DNA from: an uncultured Nitrososphaerales archaeon
Lineage (GTDB): Archaea; Thermoproteota; Nitrososphaeria; Nitrososphaerales; Nitrososphaeraceae
Length of the DNA: 64,000 nt
Direction: 5' to 3'
NCBI GenBank assembly: GCA_963713605.1
Contig: CAVQMO010000012.1
Location: 325,319-389,318, forward strand
Position numbers and translations under genes: made by a program. Below, piece by piece: positions 10,415-22,704 of this stretch (position 1 is its first letter; every line of letters begins with the position of its first letter). The notes beneath the pieces are model-generated. The model was given only the letters and a program-made list of their open reading frames with translations. It did not search any database and was not told the origin of the DNA.

Positions 10415-10942
10415 CTAGTCTATGGGCAAATTCTGCTTAAGTTCATTTGCTGATACACCTAGTTGTGTAAGAGCATCTCCTAGCCCCGCCATCATCTGTC
10501 TGGTACTGTTATCTGCAGCTAAAGATCTGTTCTCTGAAATAGCGGCCATTTGCTGACCGGCTCTTGTCAAGTTAATTGCAAATGAGTCTAATTCACTTGA
10601 AGCGGTTTGTAACTCTGACTTTGCTTCGGATATATTTCCTGTAAACGCGTATTGATAAGCGAGATTCAATGGGGACTGGACTGACTCAATATTGAATGCA
10701 TTTCTCATATCATCTACTAGCATTTTTCCTTGAGTCGTAAGTTCATCCTCAAATTGATCCCTCGCATTAGTAATTGCTGCACTAAATTGTTCAGCGCCGT
10801 CACTGTCAGAGGTAGTAGCCAAACTAGCTTTAAAAGTGCAAAGTGGTGAAAAAATCATCATGGACAGAACTATGAGGCCGACAACTGAAGTAGTAGTTTT
10901 AAGGGAAAAAGGTTTAGAATTCAAGATACAGTATTGATACAT
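10415..10942 (-). CDS. secreted helical hypothetical protein
   Basis: Hydrophobic N-terminal segment followed by amphipathic helices. Confidence 0.7.
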   Translation of the reverse strand: MYQYCILNSKPFSLKTTTSVVGLIVLSMMIFSPLCTFKASLATTSDSDGAEQFSAAITNARDQFEDELTTQGKMLVDDMRNAFNIESVQSPLNLAYQYAFTGNISEAKSELQTASSELDSFAINLTRAGQQMAAISENRSLAADNSTRQMMAGLGDALTQLGVSANELKQNLPID

Positions 10943-10993
10943 GTAGGCTTCTAATTAAATATACTATCACGCATTTAAATTACCTGTAGACTG

Positions 10994-11038
10994 AAAATAA
11001 AAAAGATGATGGTAGAGTCTTCTCTTTGACGCCATCCT
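10994..11038 (-). repeat. shared 3'-UTR/terminator-like element (copy 2)
   Basis: Matches 6707-6752. Confidence 0.65.
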
Positions 11039-11275
11039 GCATACTTTTGAAGGAAACTATCTTTCGTCATGGGCTGCCGTGTTGTATTATTGTAACTGTC
11101 ATTCTGGTTGTTTGTAACTCCTAATTATAGTCTGATAACACCTTACACAGTACGAGCTACCTTTATAATAAAAGATTGTAGGGTGTACTTTTTCACATTC
11201 TACACATGCTATTTCTTGAGTCACCAATTACATATCACCATGCTATAGCTTCTGAAGTAGAAGAGTATTGCTATG

Positions 11276-11497
11276 TTAGTATGGTGAGCTAGCTTTTGTC
11301 TCGTCAAACCATTCTTTTGTCTTTTGTATTAATTGTTCTAAAGATGATTTTCTGTGGATACGGTTATTCTTCATGGCTTTAATTTCTATCAATACCTCAT
11401 CAAGGTAACGTTTAATATCCTCATCATCAACAGATGTGCTTATCCCAGTTTTAACCTCCGTTAAGGTCCTAGTCCTTTTGGAGAACCTTATTACCAT
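11276..11497 (-). CDS. small hypothetical protein or C-terminal domain (DEDIKRYLDEVL)
   Basis: 73 aa ORF; the upstream sequence also looks coding, so it may be part of a broken gene. Confidence 0.45.
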   Translation of the reverse strand: MVIRFSKRTRTLTEVKTGISTSVDDEDIKRYLDEVLIEIKAMKNNRIHRKSSLEQLIQKTKEWFDETKASSPY

Positions 11498-11697
11498 CTG
11501 TATTTCTTGTTCCAGTTCAGCACTTCCTATAGCGTCCAGAAATAGGATTTCTTATTTTCCTACCCCTTTTTGTTCTACTAGCATCGCTTTGCCACTTGAA
11601 TCAACCGTAATACCTACAACAATCTATACAATTTGACATACAACAAGCATATTAGAACGTAGAACCATATCACGGGATATGATATCTAAAACTCTTG

Positions 11698-11730
11698 TCG
11701 CTATGGATTATGCTATAAAGTTCATAGCGA
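11698..11730 (+). promoter_or_regulatory. inverted repeat enclosing a TATA box
   Basis: TCGCTATG-N17-CATAGCGA around TATAAA (11714-11719), upstream of ATG 11759. Confidence 0.45.
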
Positions 11731-11758
11731 TGATTTGCGAAGAGCAATCGTACCAGAA

Positions 11759-13443
11759 ATGACCTCTGGGAACAATATACGCAGAGGACTTCCTCTAACC
11801 AGCTCTCGCATTGAGAAGATATTTCCGAAATTAACTCAGGCTCAGGTTAGTCGTATTGCGGCACATGGACATGTACGCTCAGGTACAGTCTGGTGAAGTG
11901 CTAATCGAGCAGGGAGAAAAATCGGTACCGTTCTTTGTCGTAATCACAGGCGAAGTTGAGATTGTACGCCCCTCTGGTGCTCATGAGACCCTTGTGACTG
12001 TCCATGGTTCTGGTGAATTCACAGGAGAGGTTAACATGCTCTCCGGCCGCCGGTCTTTAATTCGGGCACGTGCTATTAAGCCATGTAAAGTAATCGAATT
12101 GGACCACAAACAAATGCTGAATTTGGTACAGACTGACGCTGAACTCAGCGATATATTGATGAGGGCATTCATCTTACGTAGAGTGGAGCTAATAGCTGCT
12201 GGTGTTGGAGACATTGTCCTCGTAGGGTCAGCATATTCGGCAGGTACGCTCCGGATCAAAGAGTTTCTGATGCGCAATGGACATCCGTACTCCTATATAG
12301 ATCTAGAACGCGATCCTGACGTACAGAATCTGTTGGATAGTTTTCAAATTTTTACCAACGAAATACCTGTGTTGATCTGTAGAGGCCAACTGGTCCTCCG
12401 AAATCCTAGTAACCAAGAAATTGCAGACTGTCTTGGCTTCAACGAATCTATAGACCCAACTCAATTGCGTGATCTCGTTGTTATTGGAGCTGGTCCATCA
12501 GGACTGGCTGCTGCCAGTATATGGTTCTTCAGAAGGACTGGACGTTCTTGTGCTGGAAACAAGCTCGCCTGGTGGTCAGGCTGGTTCAAGCTCAAGAATC
12601 GAGAATTACTTGGGATTTCCTACAGGAATCTCAGGTCAGGAGCTAGCATCTAGGGCGTATCTTCAGGCTCAAAAGTTCGGTGCAGATATGCTTACTGCCA
12701 AGGCCACGCGACTCATCTGTGATCGCAGACCGTATATCATCGAGCTTGAAAATGCGGTTAGAATTCCTACTCGTACCGTTTTGATTGCCACTGGTGTTCA
12801 ATATCGAAAGCTACCATTGGAAAACCTCTTACGCTTTGAAGGTGCAGGAGTCTACTATGGTGCGACCTTTGTGGAAGCGCAGTTATGTGGAGGAGAGGAA
12901 GTAATTGTGGTTGGCGGAGGAAATTCAGCTGGTCAAGCTGCAGTGTTTCTGGCACAGACTGCAAAACGTGTACATATGCTAGTCAGATCCAGAGGATTGG
13001 TTGCGAGCATGTCACGATACCTGATTCGTAGGATAGAGAATACTCCTACGATCATATTGCGACCACAAACAGAGATTGTAGAATTGGAAGGGAGCGACCA
13101 TCTTAATTCTGTTTACTGGCGAAATAATCAAACAGGAAAGACCGAGAAGCACGAAATCAGGCACATATTCGTCATGACCGGTGCCGATCCGAACACTGGT
13201 TGGCTTAACGGCTGCCTTGCGCTTGACTCCAAAGGCTTCATAAACGCTGGTCCCGATCTATTACCAGAAAATCTGAGCACAGCAGGCTGGCCTCTTGCGC
13301 GGCAACCATATTTGCTTGAAACTAGTTTGCCAGGTGTTTTCGCAGTAGGCGACGTGAGGGGCGGAAGCATCAAACGCGTTGCATCTGCAGTCGGTGAAGG
13401 ATCAATTGCAATCTCATTTGTTCATAAAGTGCTCCAAGAATAG
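11759..13443 (+). CDS. cyclic-nucleotide-binding domain plus thioredoxin-reductase-like FAD oxidoreductase (two +1 frameshifts)
   Basis: IFPKLT, GEFTGE, VIGAGPSGLAA, IENYLGFPTGISG, VVGGGNSAGQAA and GVFAVGDVR motifs; removing one base near 11880 and one near 12515 gives ~560 aa. Confidence 0.9.
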
Positions 13444-13663
13444 AATAGAACAACTACTGTCTATTTCTATTATCTGGCTTTATCCGGAGTTTATTAGTCT
13501 GTGGCATAATCCTCAATGAAGCATTGTCCAAATCGGTTATGTCAAATAATGATTGATAAATATTAATTAGTCCTTCCTGAAGCCATTTTATCGTAGCATT
13601 AGTTTTTAAATGTTATGAAACTTCGACTTATAAAGACCCATTGATGCATCAACAAGGTACAAA

Positions 13664-13897
13664 TTATCTCCATTCCACATCTGCTTTTATTTCTCTTTCC
13701 CATGACATGTCTTGTTTTTCTAAGCGGTAATATTTGATATCAGCTGGTCCGGGATAGCCGGGTAAGTTTGGGTGTCTAATGATGATGTGACGCTCATATC
13801 CGTCAACTGAGCCAAAGTTTTTGCTGTCGCAATAATAGCATCTTGGGAGGAAAGCTATCTCATGTTTATCAATAAATTCGATTCTGCCCATATACAC
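13664..13897 (-). pseudogene. C2H2 zinc-finger-containing C-terminal fragment
   Basis: CYYC...ERHIIIRHPNLPGYPGPAD. Confidence 0.55.
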
Positions 13898-14086
13898 TTT
13901 TCATACTCTTTGAACTAGAACATTTTGCCTAAATTACAAATTGCTTATCAGGTTGTAAGTCCCATGATCATATTAAAGAATTCAAGCTCATTGAAGAAAG
14001 GGAAATAATGTTGGTCGACTTTAGTATTAGCTATCTCAAAAAGAAAGTAAAAAAAAGAAGTTCTTAATTGATTGATTTTTCACCAG

Positions 14087-14276
14087 TTACTTTCCTTTTG
14101 TAGCATTAAGAATGAAATCGGCGATTTCATTGGGATGTGATACATAAGATGTGTGACTAGCGTTAAGATTAAGAGTAGTAGCATTCATTTGTTGGACAAA
14201 AGTACGCTGGACTTCTGGAGGTATCATTAGATCGGCGTCGGAAATTTGATACCAGGTTGGTAATTCTTTCCATGCG
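14087..14276 (-). pseudogene. alpha/beta-hydrolase C-terminal fragment (third copy)
   Basis: AWKELPTWYQISDADLMIPPEVQRTFVQQMNATTLNLNASHTSYVSHPNEIADFILNATKGK*. Confidence 0.8.
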
Positions 14277-14928
14277 GGAAGACCTGATGGTGCAACGAAG
14301 TTCGATTGATGGAAAGGCTTCTGTGTAATTGCCAGGTGTAGTGCAAGTCATGCTACATTTTTGGTATACTTTTAGTAATATTCGCCTGATTTTTATTGTA
14401 CAGCTAGTTAGTCGTCCCGTTATTGTTGCTGCTGCTTTTCTTGGCTAGAGTTGCATTAATAATTCTGGAAGATATCTAAGCTTTAATTGCAATAACCTAG
14501 AAAACCACATTGAAATCTACTTATGGAATGTGGATAAGCATAACTGTACCTAAGTGCTCACGCTATTTCATACTGTCAGTTGTTATATTATTACCTTCCT
14601 TTGAATCGCGCTTTGGTTGCTGACTTCTCTAATCTGCCGCTGCCCCTTACTTATCCTATATAAAATATTTATGAGTATCTATATCTCATATAACACTAGC
14701 CGAAAGGTAGCCAGAAAGCTGGATCTATACCATGATATATCGTTATGTTTTAGACATATCCTGATTGCTGCTGTCTTTTACAGGAACCACAGAAGTGAGA
14801 GAGGGAACTTTAATCTCAGTTATGAGGTTTTTCATTCATCTTTCAACATATCCCTCTCTCCATTTTCCTTAAATTTAACATGCATGGTCTTAATGACTCA
14901 CAGGAAGTCAATTTGCAAGCAATTCTAG

Positions 14929-16231
14929 TTATGAAGCATCATTTCTTTTCAATAATTTAAAAGACATGACAAAAACGGCGAATATTACTATAGCACTTAC
15001 TAGAAATGTAGCTGCACCGATTGAATTATATAAAAAGCCACCCAAAGTTAGTCCCAAGATGCTTGCCAAACCTCCAAAACTGCCTGCAATGCCTTGTACT
15101 GCTCCTTGGAGTTTAGATCCTGCACGCCTAGATAATATGGACATGAAAGAGGGCCACATGAGACCATTACCGACTGCAAATAATATTACAGCCACGCTGA
15201 CTGAGACAATATTATTTGATACAAATAAAACAAAGTTTGTACCTAAAATAATGCTACCAATTATGACTAATCTTTCCTCTGAAAATTTCTTTAATGCTTT
15301 ACGTAATACAGGACCTTGAATTAAAACCATAATCCCACTTAATACCGCATAAAATATTCCTAGCTGTGTTACTGACCATTTAAGATCGTTAGCGAGCATG
15401 CGTCGGAAAGGCAGCATAATAAATATTAAAGCCAAGAAAAATCAAAAAATATAATACAAGTAAAAAAGGGATATATTTTATTTTGAAAACATCCCGCAAT
15501 TTAGATTTTTTAGTTTCTACATCCGAATAGCATTCTCTGCATTCCTGCGAAAAAACTTTTCTAATGGTTTCTTGCTCTGGAACTAAAACTTCCTTTGGTG
15601 GGAGCTTAGATTCTCTTAATAGAAAAACTATTACAAATATTGTGATTAAAGATAAGATTAATGCTGCTAAGACAGGCAATATCGCTCCATAAATAGTCCC
15701 TCCCATAATACCAGCTATTGCAGGGCCTATGATAAACCCAAGGTTAGAAGATATTGCCATTTTTCCAAAGTTCTTACTCCTAGTGGAATCTGATGAAAGA
15801 TCTGAAAGATATGCATTTGCAATAGAGATATTTCCTCCAGTAAGTCCATCAATAGCTCTTGCAAGAAATAAGAGAAGCAATGGAACAATAATAACAAATG
15901 TTCCTAGGAAAGGGATATAAATATCGAAAGATTCTTTGGCGGATAAAAATAAAGCAAAAAGGAATATCAACCAACCAATTGATGTTCCTATGTTACTTAA
16001 TAGAAGAATTTTCTTCCTTCCATATGTATCAGACCACTTTCCTAATATAGGAGATCCTATAAGCTGGAAAGCAGGATAGGTAGCAGCAAGTAGACCATAA
16101 ACTATAGCATTACCTCCAAACTTCATAACTACAAACACCAGGAAAGGTAGAACAATACTAAATCCCAGAGTACCTACAAAATTAACGAGTAATATAGGGA
16201 AAAGCGAAGGCTGTTTAACTAGACTAGTCAT
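14929..16231 (-). CDS. MFS transporter, TetA/DHA1-like (one +1 frameshift near 15395)
   Basis: Motif A GKWSDTYGRKK, ARAIDGLTGG, GFIIGPAIAG; the two ORFs join to ~433 aa. Confidence 0.9.
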
Positions 16232-16552
16232 ATTTTTAGAGAATTACATTGTTGCATAAATCTTTTTATTCTTTGGAATATTCAATAAATTTGAGTTAAG
16301 TGGAAAATTGTCACCGTAATGTAAGTTCTTCCCCAGATGGTGTCTTAGTATCATAAAATATCATTATCCATAAAGCGCACATCTCTTGATCTTCTCTGAT
16401 TTCACAGCATCATCCTTAAATTAGTAAATATTTGATAATCATTATCACGCCGTCAGGATTACGACTCAAAATCATTTTTGATCCACCATTATATACCTGG
16501 TCTATTGACTCAAGAGGTTTTATTAATCTCAACTGTGTGAGTAAACGAATCC

Positions 16553-16820
16553 ATGAATAATGATGAACGAGATTTTGATTGGGTGAAGTGATAACCAAAC
16601 CTGTTTATACAAGCGACAACAAACATGTGGGTCACGTGGATGGACTAGAAGCGAATCAATTTATTGTGAAAGATAAGATAATCATGCCAAATACTATAGG
16701 ATAGATAGGGAGCTATTAGAAACGTATCAAGACGGAAAAGTAAAGCTGAAAATTAATGAGCAAGAGCTAAAATCAAAATATGAAAAAGACAGTCCAGGGT
16801 ATTTTAGTTACGGTGCATAG
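16553..16820 (+). CDS. PRC-barrel-like small protein (two apparent -1 frameshifts; absent from the ORF track)
   Basis: Reconstructs as MNNDERDFDW/EVITKPVYTSDNKHVGHVDGLEANQFIVKDKI/HAKYYRIDRELLETYQDGKVKLKINEQELKSKYEKDSPGYFSYGA*. Confidence 0.6.
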
Positions 16821-17210
16821 AGTTAAACTGATTACTGGCCAGAGACTAGTCAGCATTACGTACTAAAGTAAGATAAGCTTTCAATTTGCGAATCGACCAA
16901 CAATAATACCTACGAGACTAAATAGATTACATATCGCATAGACACATCTACTTAAATTAGTTTGCGACTTTAGATCATTTAGCAGAAAACGACAATATTA
17001 AACAGCAAGCACTGCTATTGGTTCGTCGAAAGTTGCTGTCTGAACTGTTCACCCCTGGGGTCATTTAATAACTCATCCGCGCTATCTCTGTACTCTTTAT
17101 AGATAAAGACGAAATGAACTTAGTTCTATAGTCATGCCCACATCCTTTTTTGGGCCAATTTGCATTGGCCTCTAAATGACTCATTTGTAGAGATGGGTAT
17201 TATTTCAGTA

Positions 17211-17354
17211 TCATGAGATAGATTCAAAACCCTCTGGAGCATATTTCCTAAAAAATCCTTCTGCGATTTGACTTCTACCAGCATTCTGTACACAGACGAA
17301 GAGTATAGTTTTCTTTGTTTTAATTTTTGATTTAGTACCGAATGAAAATTTCAT
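17211..17354 (-). pseudogene. arsC: truncated arsenate reductase (LMW-PTP fold)
   Basis: KTILFVCVQNAGRSQIAEGFFRKYAPEGFESIS* has the CX5R loop; ends at 47 aa; directly downstream of arsM. Confidence 0.8.
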
Positions 17355-17376
17355 TGGTAATCACGATTCTTGGTTT

Positions 17377-18202
17377 TCATTTATCTTTTATTGCTTTTAT
17401 AACCAGACTGCTAATCCTTCGATTATCAACCTGATCTCCTTCAGTATATATTTTTTCATCTAATACCTCTACATTTTCAAATCCGCCTTTTTTGATGCTA
17501 GCAATGTAAATATCCTTAGTCAGTGCACCATCAATGCAACTGCACCACTTTTCTGGATCTATCAATGAAGTGTCTTCTGCTATTTGTTTATCCGTAACAA
17601 GATCTGAGATAACCATTCTGCCAGTTCCGTTGGGCTTGAGAATTCTATATATTTCTCTAAATGTTTTTACTTTATCTGTCGTTAAATTGATTACGCAGTT
17701 GCTTATTACGACATCTACACTGTTACTATCAACAGGAATTCTTTCTTCTATATCTCCTTTCCTGAATTCAGCATTGGTGTAACCATTATCGGCTGCATTC
17801 TTTCTTGCTTTTTCCAACATTTCATCAGTCATATCTATGCCTATTACTCTTCCAGAACCCTTGACTACGTTAGCTGCGAGAAATACATCAATACCTGCAC
17901 CCGAACCTAAATCAACGACCGTATCACCTTCCTTTATAAAAGCAAACTTTGTAGGCGTTCCACATCCAGCTCCAAGGATAGACGCTTCTGGAATTGAATT
18001 CAGCTCTTTTGAGTTATATCCGACTAGTTCAGATACTTGAGTAACTGACTGTGAAGGTTGCAGAATTGCATTATTATTTCCTGAGCAACATCCCCCTCCA
18101 CTTTCAAAACTAACTGAAGGACCACAACATGAGTCACCTGTCAGAGCTACCTTTCCATATCTTTCCTTTACCTTTTTCCTTTATTTTTAGTGAATCAATC
18201 AT
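17377..18202 (-). CDS. arsM: arsenite methyltransferase (one +1 frameshift in an A-run near 18175)
   Basis: VKERYGKVA, SCCG, GAGCGTP, VVDLGSGAGID, ISNCVINL and WCSCIDGA motifs; ~274 aa when repaired. Confidence 0.88.
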
Positions 18203-18505
18203 AATATAGTTTACTAGAGAAACTATTTAAGTTGTCAAGAGAAGCTAGGTAAAGTAAGTGTAAAAATGGAAACTAATGCCAGATCTAACAAACCGAGATG
18301 CAAAGTCTGCTGTAACATGCCCTCACATTTTGGACTCTACAAACACAATTCTGTTTAAGATAAGTTTATGGTAGAGTGCTCGAAATTGGCAAATGAAAAT
18401 TTCAGTCTAGTTGTTAGTTCCAATAAATCTTATTTACAATTCCAACCACTATATGTTCTTGTATCTACTCGATACATTCTATAGTATCCACAACCAAGAT
18501 TCACC

Positions 18506-18946
18506 ATGGTAAAGATCCTTCCTCATGTAATGAGAAATATCAATGAGTTTAACATACCTGCTGGAGTTGAATATGGATATGAGATATTATATTTTGGTGT
18601 AAATTTGATACTTATGTTTGAGTATAAACTGTCCTTTAACATAGAGGTAAAAAAGTCAGACTATAATGGTAGTGACGATATTGAAGTTTTAATAATTAGT
18701 AGAAAAGATGTTTCGGCGTGGAAAAAAGGCAATGGTGTTAATAATAAGGATATAAAGCCGTATTATAGTAATAATGGGGAAAGTATCAACGATATCTTCA
18801 GACCGTCGATAAGCGATGCATATGCATTTATTCTAAGCAATAGAGCTTCAATCAATAATAACTCAATGATAAAAGTAGTTGACGTTACTCTTATCCATTC
18901 TTGGCAGCAAGAAATAAAAGAATCACAATTAAAAAATGTGCCATAA
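18506..18946 (+). CDS. hypothetical protein
   Basis: 146 aa ATG ORF, beta-rich; no family recognised. Confidence 0.6.
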   Translation: MVKILPHVMRNINEFNIPAGVEYGYEILYFGVNLILMFEYKLSFNIEVKKSDYNGSDDIEVLIISRKDVSAWKKGNGVNNKDIKPYYSNNGESINDIFRPSISDAYAFILSNRASINNNSMIKVVDVTLIHSWQQEIKESQLKNVP

Positions 18947-19088
18947 ATAAATCATTTGAATGACGTATATACAAGTTCACTAGATCCTGATTTTAGCATT
19001 ATTGATACTTTCTACTAAAGAAGCTGAAGCGCAAGACGAAGGAATTGCAAACGAGGTAATATCTTTAAATTGTTAATAAACCAATCAT

Positions 19089-19352
19089 ATGATAATGATA
19101 AAGTCTGAGTTAAGGAAAATCCTTGATATCGTCGCAGACTTATCGCAGAATGACGTTAAAAAGGATGTACTTGAGACTGAGATAGTTTCACATAGTAGAC
19201 TTTCAGATTTAGAGGTAAGGAATCATTTAAATGAATTGCAGTGGCTGCATCTAGTTAAAGAAGCACTGCCTAGACCAAACCACGCAGAGTTTAGCTTATG
19301 GAATGTAACGGAAAAAGGATTGCAAGAAACATCTCGTCATGACCCTACATAG
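19089..19352 (+). CDS. small winged-helix-like protein
   Basis: EVRNHLNELQWLHLVKE...WNVTEKG; TTTAAA upstream. Confidence 0.65.
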   Translation: MIMIKSELRKILDIVADLSQNDVKKDVLETEIVSHSRLSDLEVRNHLNELQWLHLVKEALPRPNHAEFSLWNVTEKGLQETSRHDPT

Positions 19353-19514
19353 CCATAATCTTGCTTGTCTATCAGCTAATAGAGCTGTTGGTTTATGCAT
19401 AGAAATATGGTAATCAAGAAACAATTGTGTCATATATTAGAAGTCAATTCGAGGAAAGCTTGACATACCGATAACAAATTTCACTGGTACTATGAGCGGA
19501 AACGTTTGCAGAGT

Positions 19515-19940
19515 CTATACCTTAGCAACACACCTAATCTCGATCATAAGCTCAGGGAATGCAAGACGCTGAATTTGTATGATAGTGCTTGCGACAACAG
19601 GAATTCCAGAAAAGATATCTTGTCTGCATTTGACTGCTGCAGCAAATGCTGCATCCATATTTGTCACAAAGAGTATTTCGTCGACTATATTTTCCATCTT
19701 TGCGCCATACTTTGCGAGCACCTTCTTGATATTGGTGTATGCCTGACGCATCTGAGCCTCCATATCTCCGTGACCGACGATATTGCCCCTGTCGTCATGG
19801 CTTACTTGACCTGATACATAGATGGTGTTCTCAACTTTCACTGCCTGGGCGTAACCGTATTCTTTCTCCCAAGGCATACCAAGACCCTTAGCCTCTTTAT
19901 TGATGGTCAAAATGTGTTTCCCAAGTATTAATTGTAACAC
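19515..19940 (-). CDS. RidA/YjgF family protein
   Basis: YGYAQAVKV, IYVSGQV, LAFPELMIEI; start uncertain. Confidence 0.9.
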   Translation of the reverse strand: MLQLILGKHILTINKEAKGLGMPWEKEYGYAQAVKVENTIYVSGQVSHDDRGNIVGHGDMEAQMRQAYTNIKKVLAKYGAKMENIVDEILFVTNMDAAFAAAVKCRQDIFSGIPVVASTIIQIQRLAFPELMIEIRCVAKV

Positions 19941-20019
19941 TTCCTAGTATGTAAGCTAATTAGTAAGAGTAGCGCGCTCAGTTGAGGACCCTATCTAAGG
20001 ATACCAGGTCGATACCCTA

Positions 20020-20183
20020 ATTGAATAATTCCTTATCGTAGTTGAACCATACTGGTTGAATATTAGGATCCCCCGTCGTCATCAATAGTACCGATTTGCA
20101 AATTCAGCTTATTTTTCGAGAAATGTATCGACTTCTTCTTTGCTCATAGAAGGAGTACCGGAAATTGCAATAATGACCTTCAT
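20020..20183 (-). pseudogene. 5' fragment of a pyridoxamine 5'-phosphate oxidase-like protein
   Basis: MSKEEVDTFLEK/LNLQIGTIDDDGDPNIQPVWFNYD, then the similarity ends. Confidence 0.65.
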
Positions 20184-20476
20184 ACCACTGATCCGGAAGA
20201 CATGCAGAAAAGAGTTACTCCTCACTCGGAATTCTTCAATGTACTTAAACAGGTTGTTCGAATATATCAGAATGTTTGATTATAATCTTGCTCAAAATCA
20301 TCAGGGAAGTAATTCAGTGCATAAGGAGTATTTCTGATTTCAAACCATTCTTCCTAAAATGCCTGGTCAAAAAGTGATAACTAGGAGATTTGGATCGTTA
20401 GTTAAAATTTTTTATATAGTCGATCATATATCTCATTGTTATGTATCACAGAATATGAACACGGTCATTTTTTGTA

Positions 20477-20997
20477 TGGCTTCTACTAAATTCGTTATCG
20501 CAGTCAGTTTGACAATTATTAGCTTTCTCCTGATAGTGTCAGGAGAAGAGATTCTTGCTCAGCAGCGTGGTACTATTTCCATAGATCGAGCTGTTGCCCT
20601 TCCACTCACTACTGCAGAAGGCAATCAAGTAAAAGTTGTAGTAAATTACGATATAAATGACGAATCACTCCTAGGGCAGCGAGTTAATGCTATAATGGGT
20701 ATTTATGATCGTCAAACTGGTTCCCTATTAAAGCTATCATCATTTCCAAACGGATTTGTTTTAAATAATACAAAGGGAACAACACAGTTGGCAACTACTT
20801 TAACTGATAATATCCTACAAAATATATCAGCAATAATTACGCTTACCAATGCTGACAAGTCAGAAAAGTACACTAACGATGTTAGAGCTGATCTAAATTT
20901 AAGGACAATACTGCCTACCACTCTACCACCTTTATTGCAGGATATTCCAGCTTCAGAACCCGGAGTTGGAGCTGAGGAAGAGGAAGATGATTCATAA
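20477..20997 (+). CDS. secreted hypothetical protein with acidic tail
   Basis: Signal peptide from MASTK; GNQVKVVVNY and LKLSSFPNGF segments. Confidence 0.75.
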
Positions 20998-21242
20998 TTC
21001 ATCTGATAATGGATCTGGTTCAGAAGAATAATTGTATGTCTACTGCTTTGTACAAGAGAAGAAATTGAGAAGGCTAAAGCTTCACCATCATTTGAGATAG
21101 AGTACAATCTCAAGGCTTGTGGGATATACCATCTGATTGTCATAGACTAAGCTTGTAGCCTAGCGGCTATCCTAGTGAATCTAGAAATGTCGGTACCGTC
21201 AAAGATTATTATGTTATAAAAACACTATTACTATAGAGAAGT

Positions 21243-22310
21243 ATGAGAACCATATCAAGAAAATATAATACTGTTATTATTATTATTATTGTATCAATAC
21301 TATCAATCATCGCTAGTTCCATTATAATGACAGAGGAACAGCAACAGCAACATAGCGCTTTTGCACAGCTTACAGGACAAGAATCCTTAAACTCCAATAT
21401 CAGGCAGGCTGTGATGCAAGAATTTCCTGTTCCATTAGGCTCTAGGCCACACGACGTTGCCCCTATCCCGAATGGAACCGTAGTATGGTATACCGCTCAA
21501 GGTTCTGGTGAATTAGGAAAATTGGATCCAACTACTGGAAAGACGCATCACATTGCGCTAGGCCAAGGTTCAGCGCCGCATGGCGTTATTATTGGACCAG
21601 ACGGCGCACCCTGGATTACAGACGGCGGTCTGAATGCTATTGTACGTGTTGATCCTCGTACTGAAGAGGTCGAAGTCTATCCGCTGCCTGAAGGTACTGG
21701 CTATGGTAACTTAAATACTGCAACGTTTGATCATAACGGCACTCTGTGGTTTACCGGACAAAGCGGAATTTATGGGAGCCTTGATCCACAAGTAGGACAG
21801 ATCGAGGTCTTTCAAGCACCTCGTGGTCCTGGACCTTATGGCATTTCTACAACCCCCAATGGCACGGTATACTATTCTTCCTTGGCAGGTAGTTATGTTG
21901 CTCGCATCGATTTAGAAAGCGGAAAGAGTACTGTATTGGAACCTCCTACAGCCGACCAAGGAGCACGAAGAGTCTGGTCTGACTCTCAAGGTCGTATCTG
22001 GATTAGTGAATGGAATGCAGGACAACTGGCCGTATATAATCCATTTACAGAAGAATGGAAGGAATGGCGGCTCCCAGGAAACAATCCGATGCCTTATGCT
22101 GTATACGTGGATGAGAAGGATATGATCTGGTTAACTGATTTTAGAGCAAACGCCATGGTACGCTTTGACCCCAGACAGGAGGTCTTTGAGACTTTTCCGT
22201 TTCCCAGTTCCGAAGCTAACGTACGACAGATTCTAGGTAGGTCTGGCGAGGTATGGGGAGCAGAGTCGGGAACAGACCGGTTGGTGGTAATTAGAACTGA
22301 AAATGGTTAA
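21243..22310 (+). CDS. secreted virginiamycin B lyase (Vgb)-family beta-propeller
   Basis: PHDVAP, APHGVIIGPDGAPWITDGG, GPYGI, GARRVWSDS, VRQILGR; signal peptide. Confidence 0.9.
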   Translation: MRTISRKYNTVIIIIIVSILSIIASSIIMTEEQQQQHSAFAQLTGQESLNSNIRQAVMQEFPVPLGSRPHDVAPIPNGTVVWYTAQGSGELGKLDPTTGKTHHIALGQGSAPHGVIIGPDGAPWITDGGLNAIVRVDPRTEEVEVYPLPEGTGYGNLNTATFDHNGTLWFTGQSGIYGSLDPQVGQIEVFQAPRGPGPYGISTTPNGTVYYSSLAGSYVARIDLESGKSTVLEPPTADQGARRVWSDSQGRIWISEWNAGQLAVYNPFTEEWKEWRLPGNNPMPYAVYVDEKDMIWLTDFRANAMVRFDPRQEVFETFPFPSSEANVRQILGRSGEVWGAESGTDRLVVIRTENG

Positions 22311-22704
22311 AAAACCAAATTTTTAGTGATCATGGAAGTCGAAGACATGATGACTGAATAAGTAAAATAATTAAAATGGTAGGCAAGACCTAGAGAAAGC
22401 ATTTAAGCGATCATCTACCATTTTTGGTTAAATTTTCTATACGGGTGTTTAAATATCCATTGCTTGTATCACGCGCCTTTAATTGAATATCAAAAATGTT
22501 TGGGCGTAAGATACTAGGTTACTATTCTTCTAATCTATAGGCTCCCTCAACGAGGACAGTACCTTTACTGTCAGGAATTTTTATTTTTACGGAAATATCT
22601 CTGTTTGACTAAAGCTAAAATAAGGCATGAGATGACCGACATAACTTGGTCCTTTCCAAGGAGGGATCCTAGAACAACTAGAACAAGGTCAAGGCGTCCA
22701 GCTT

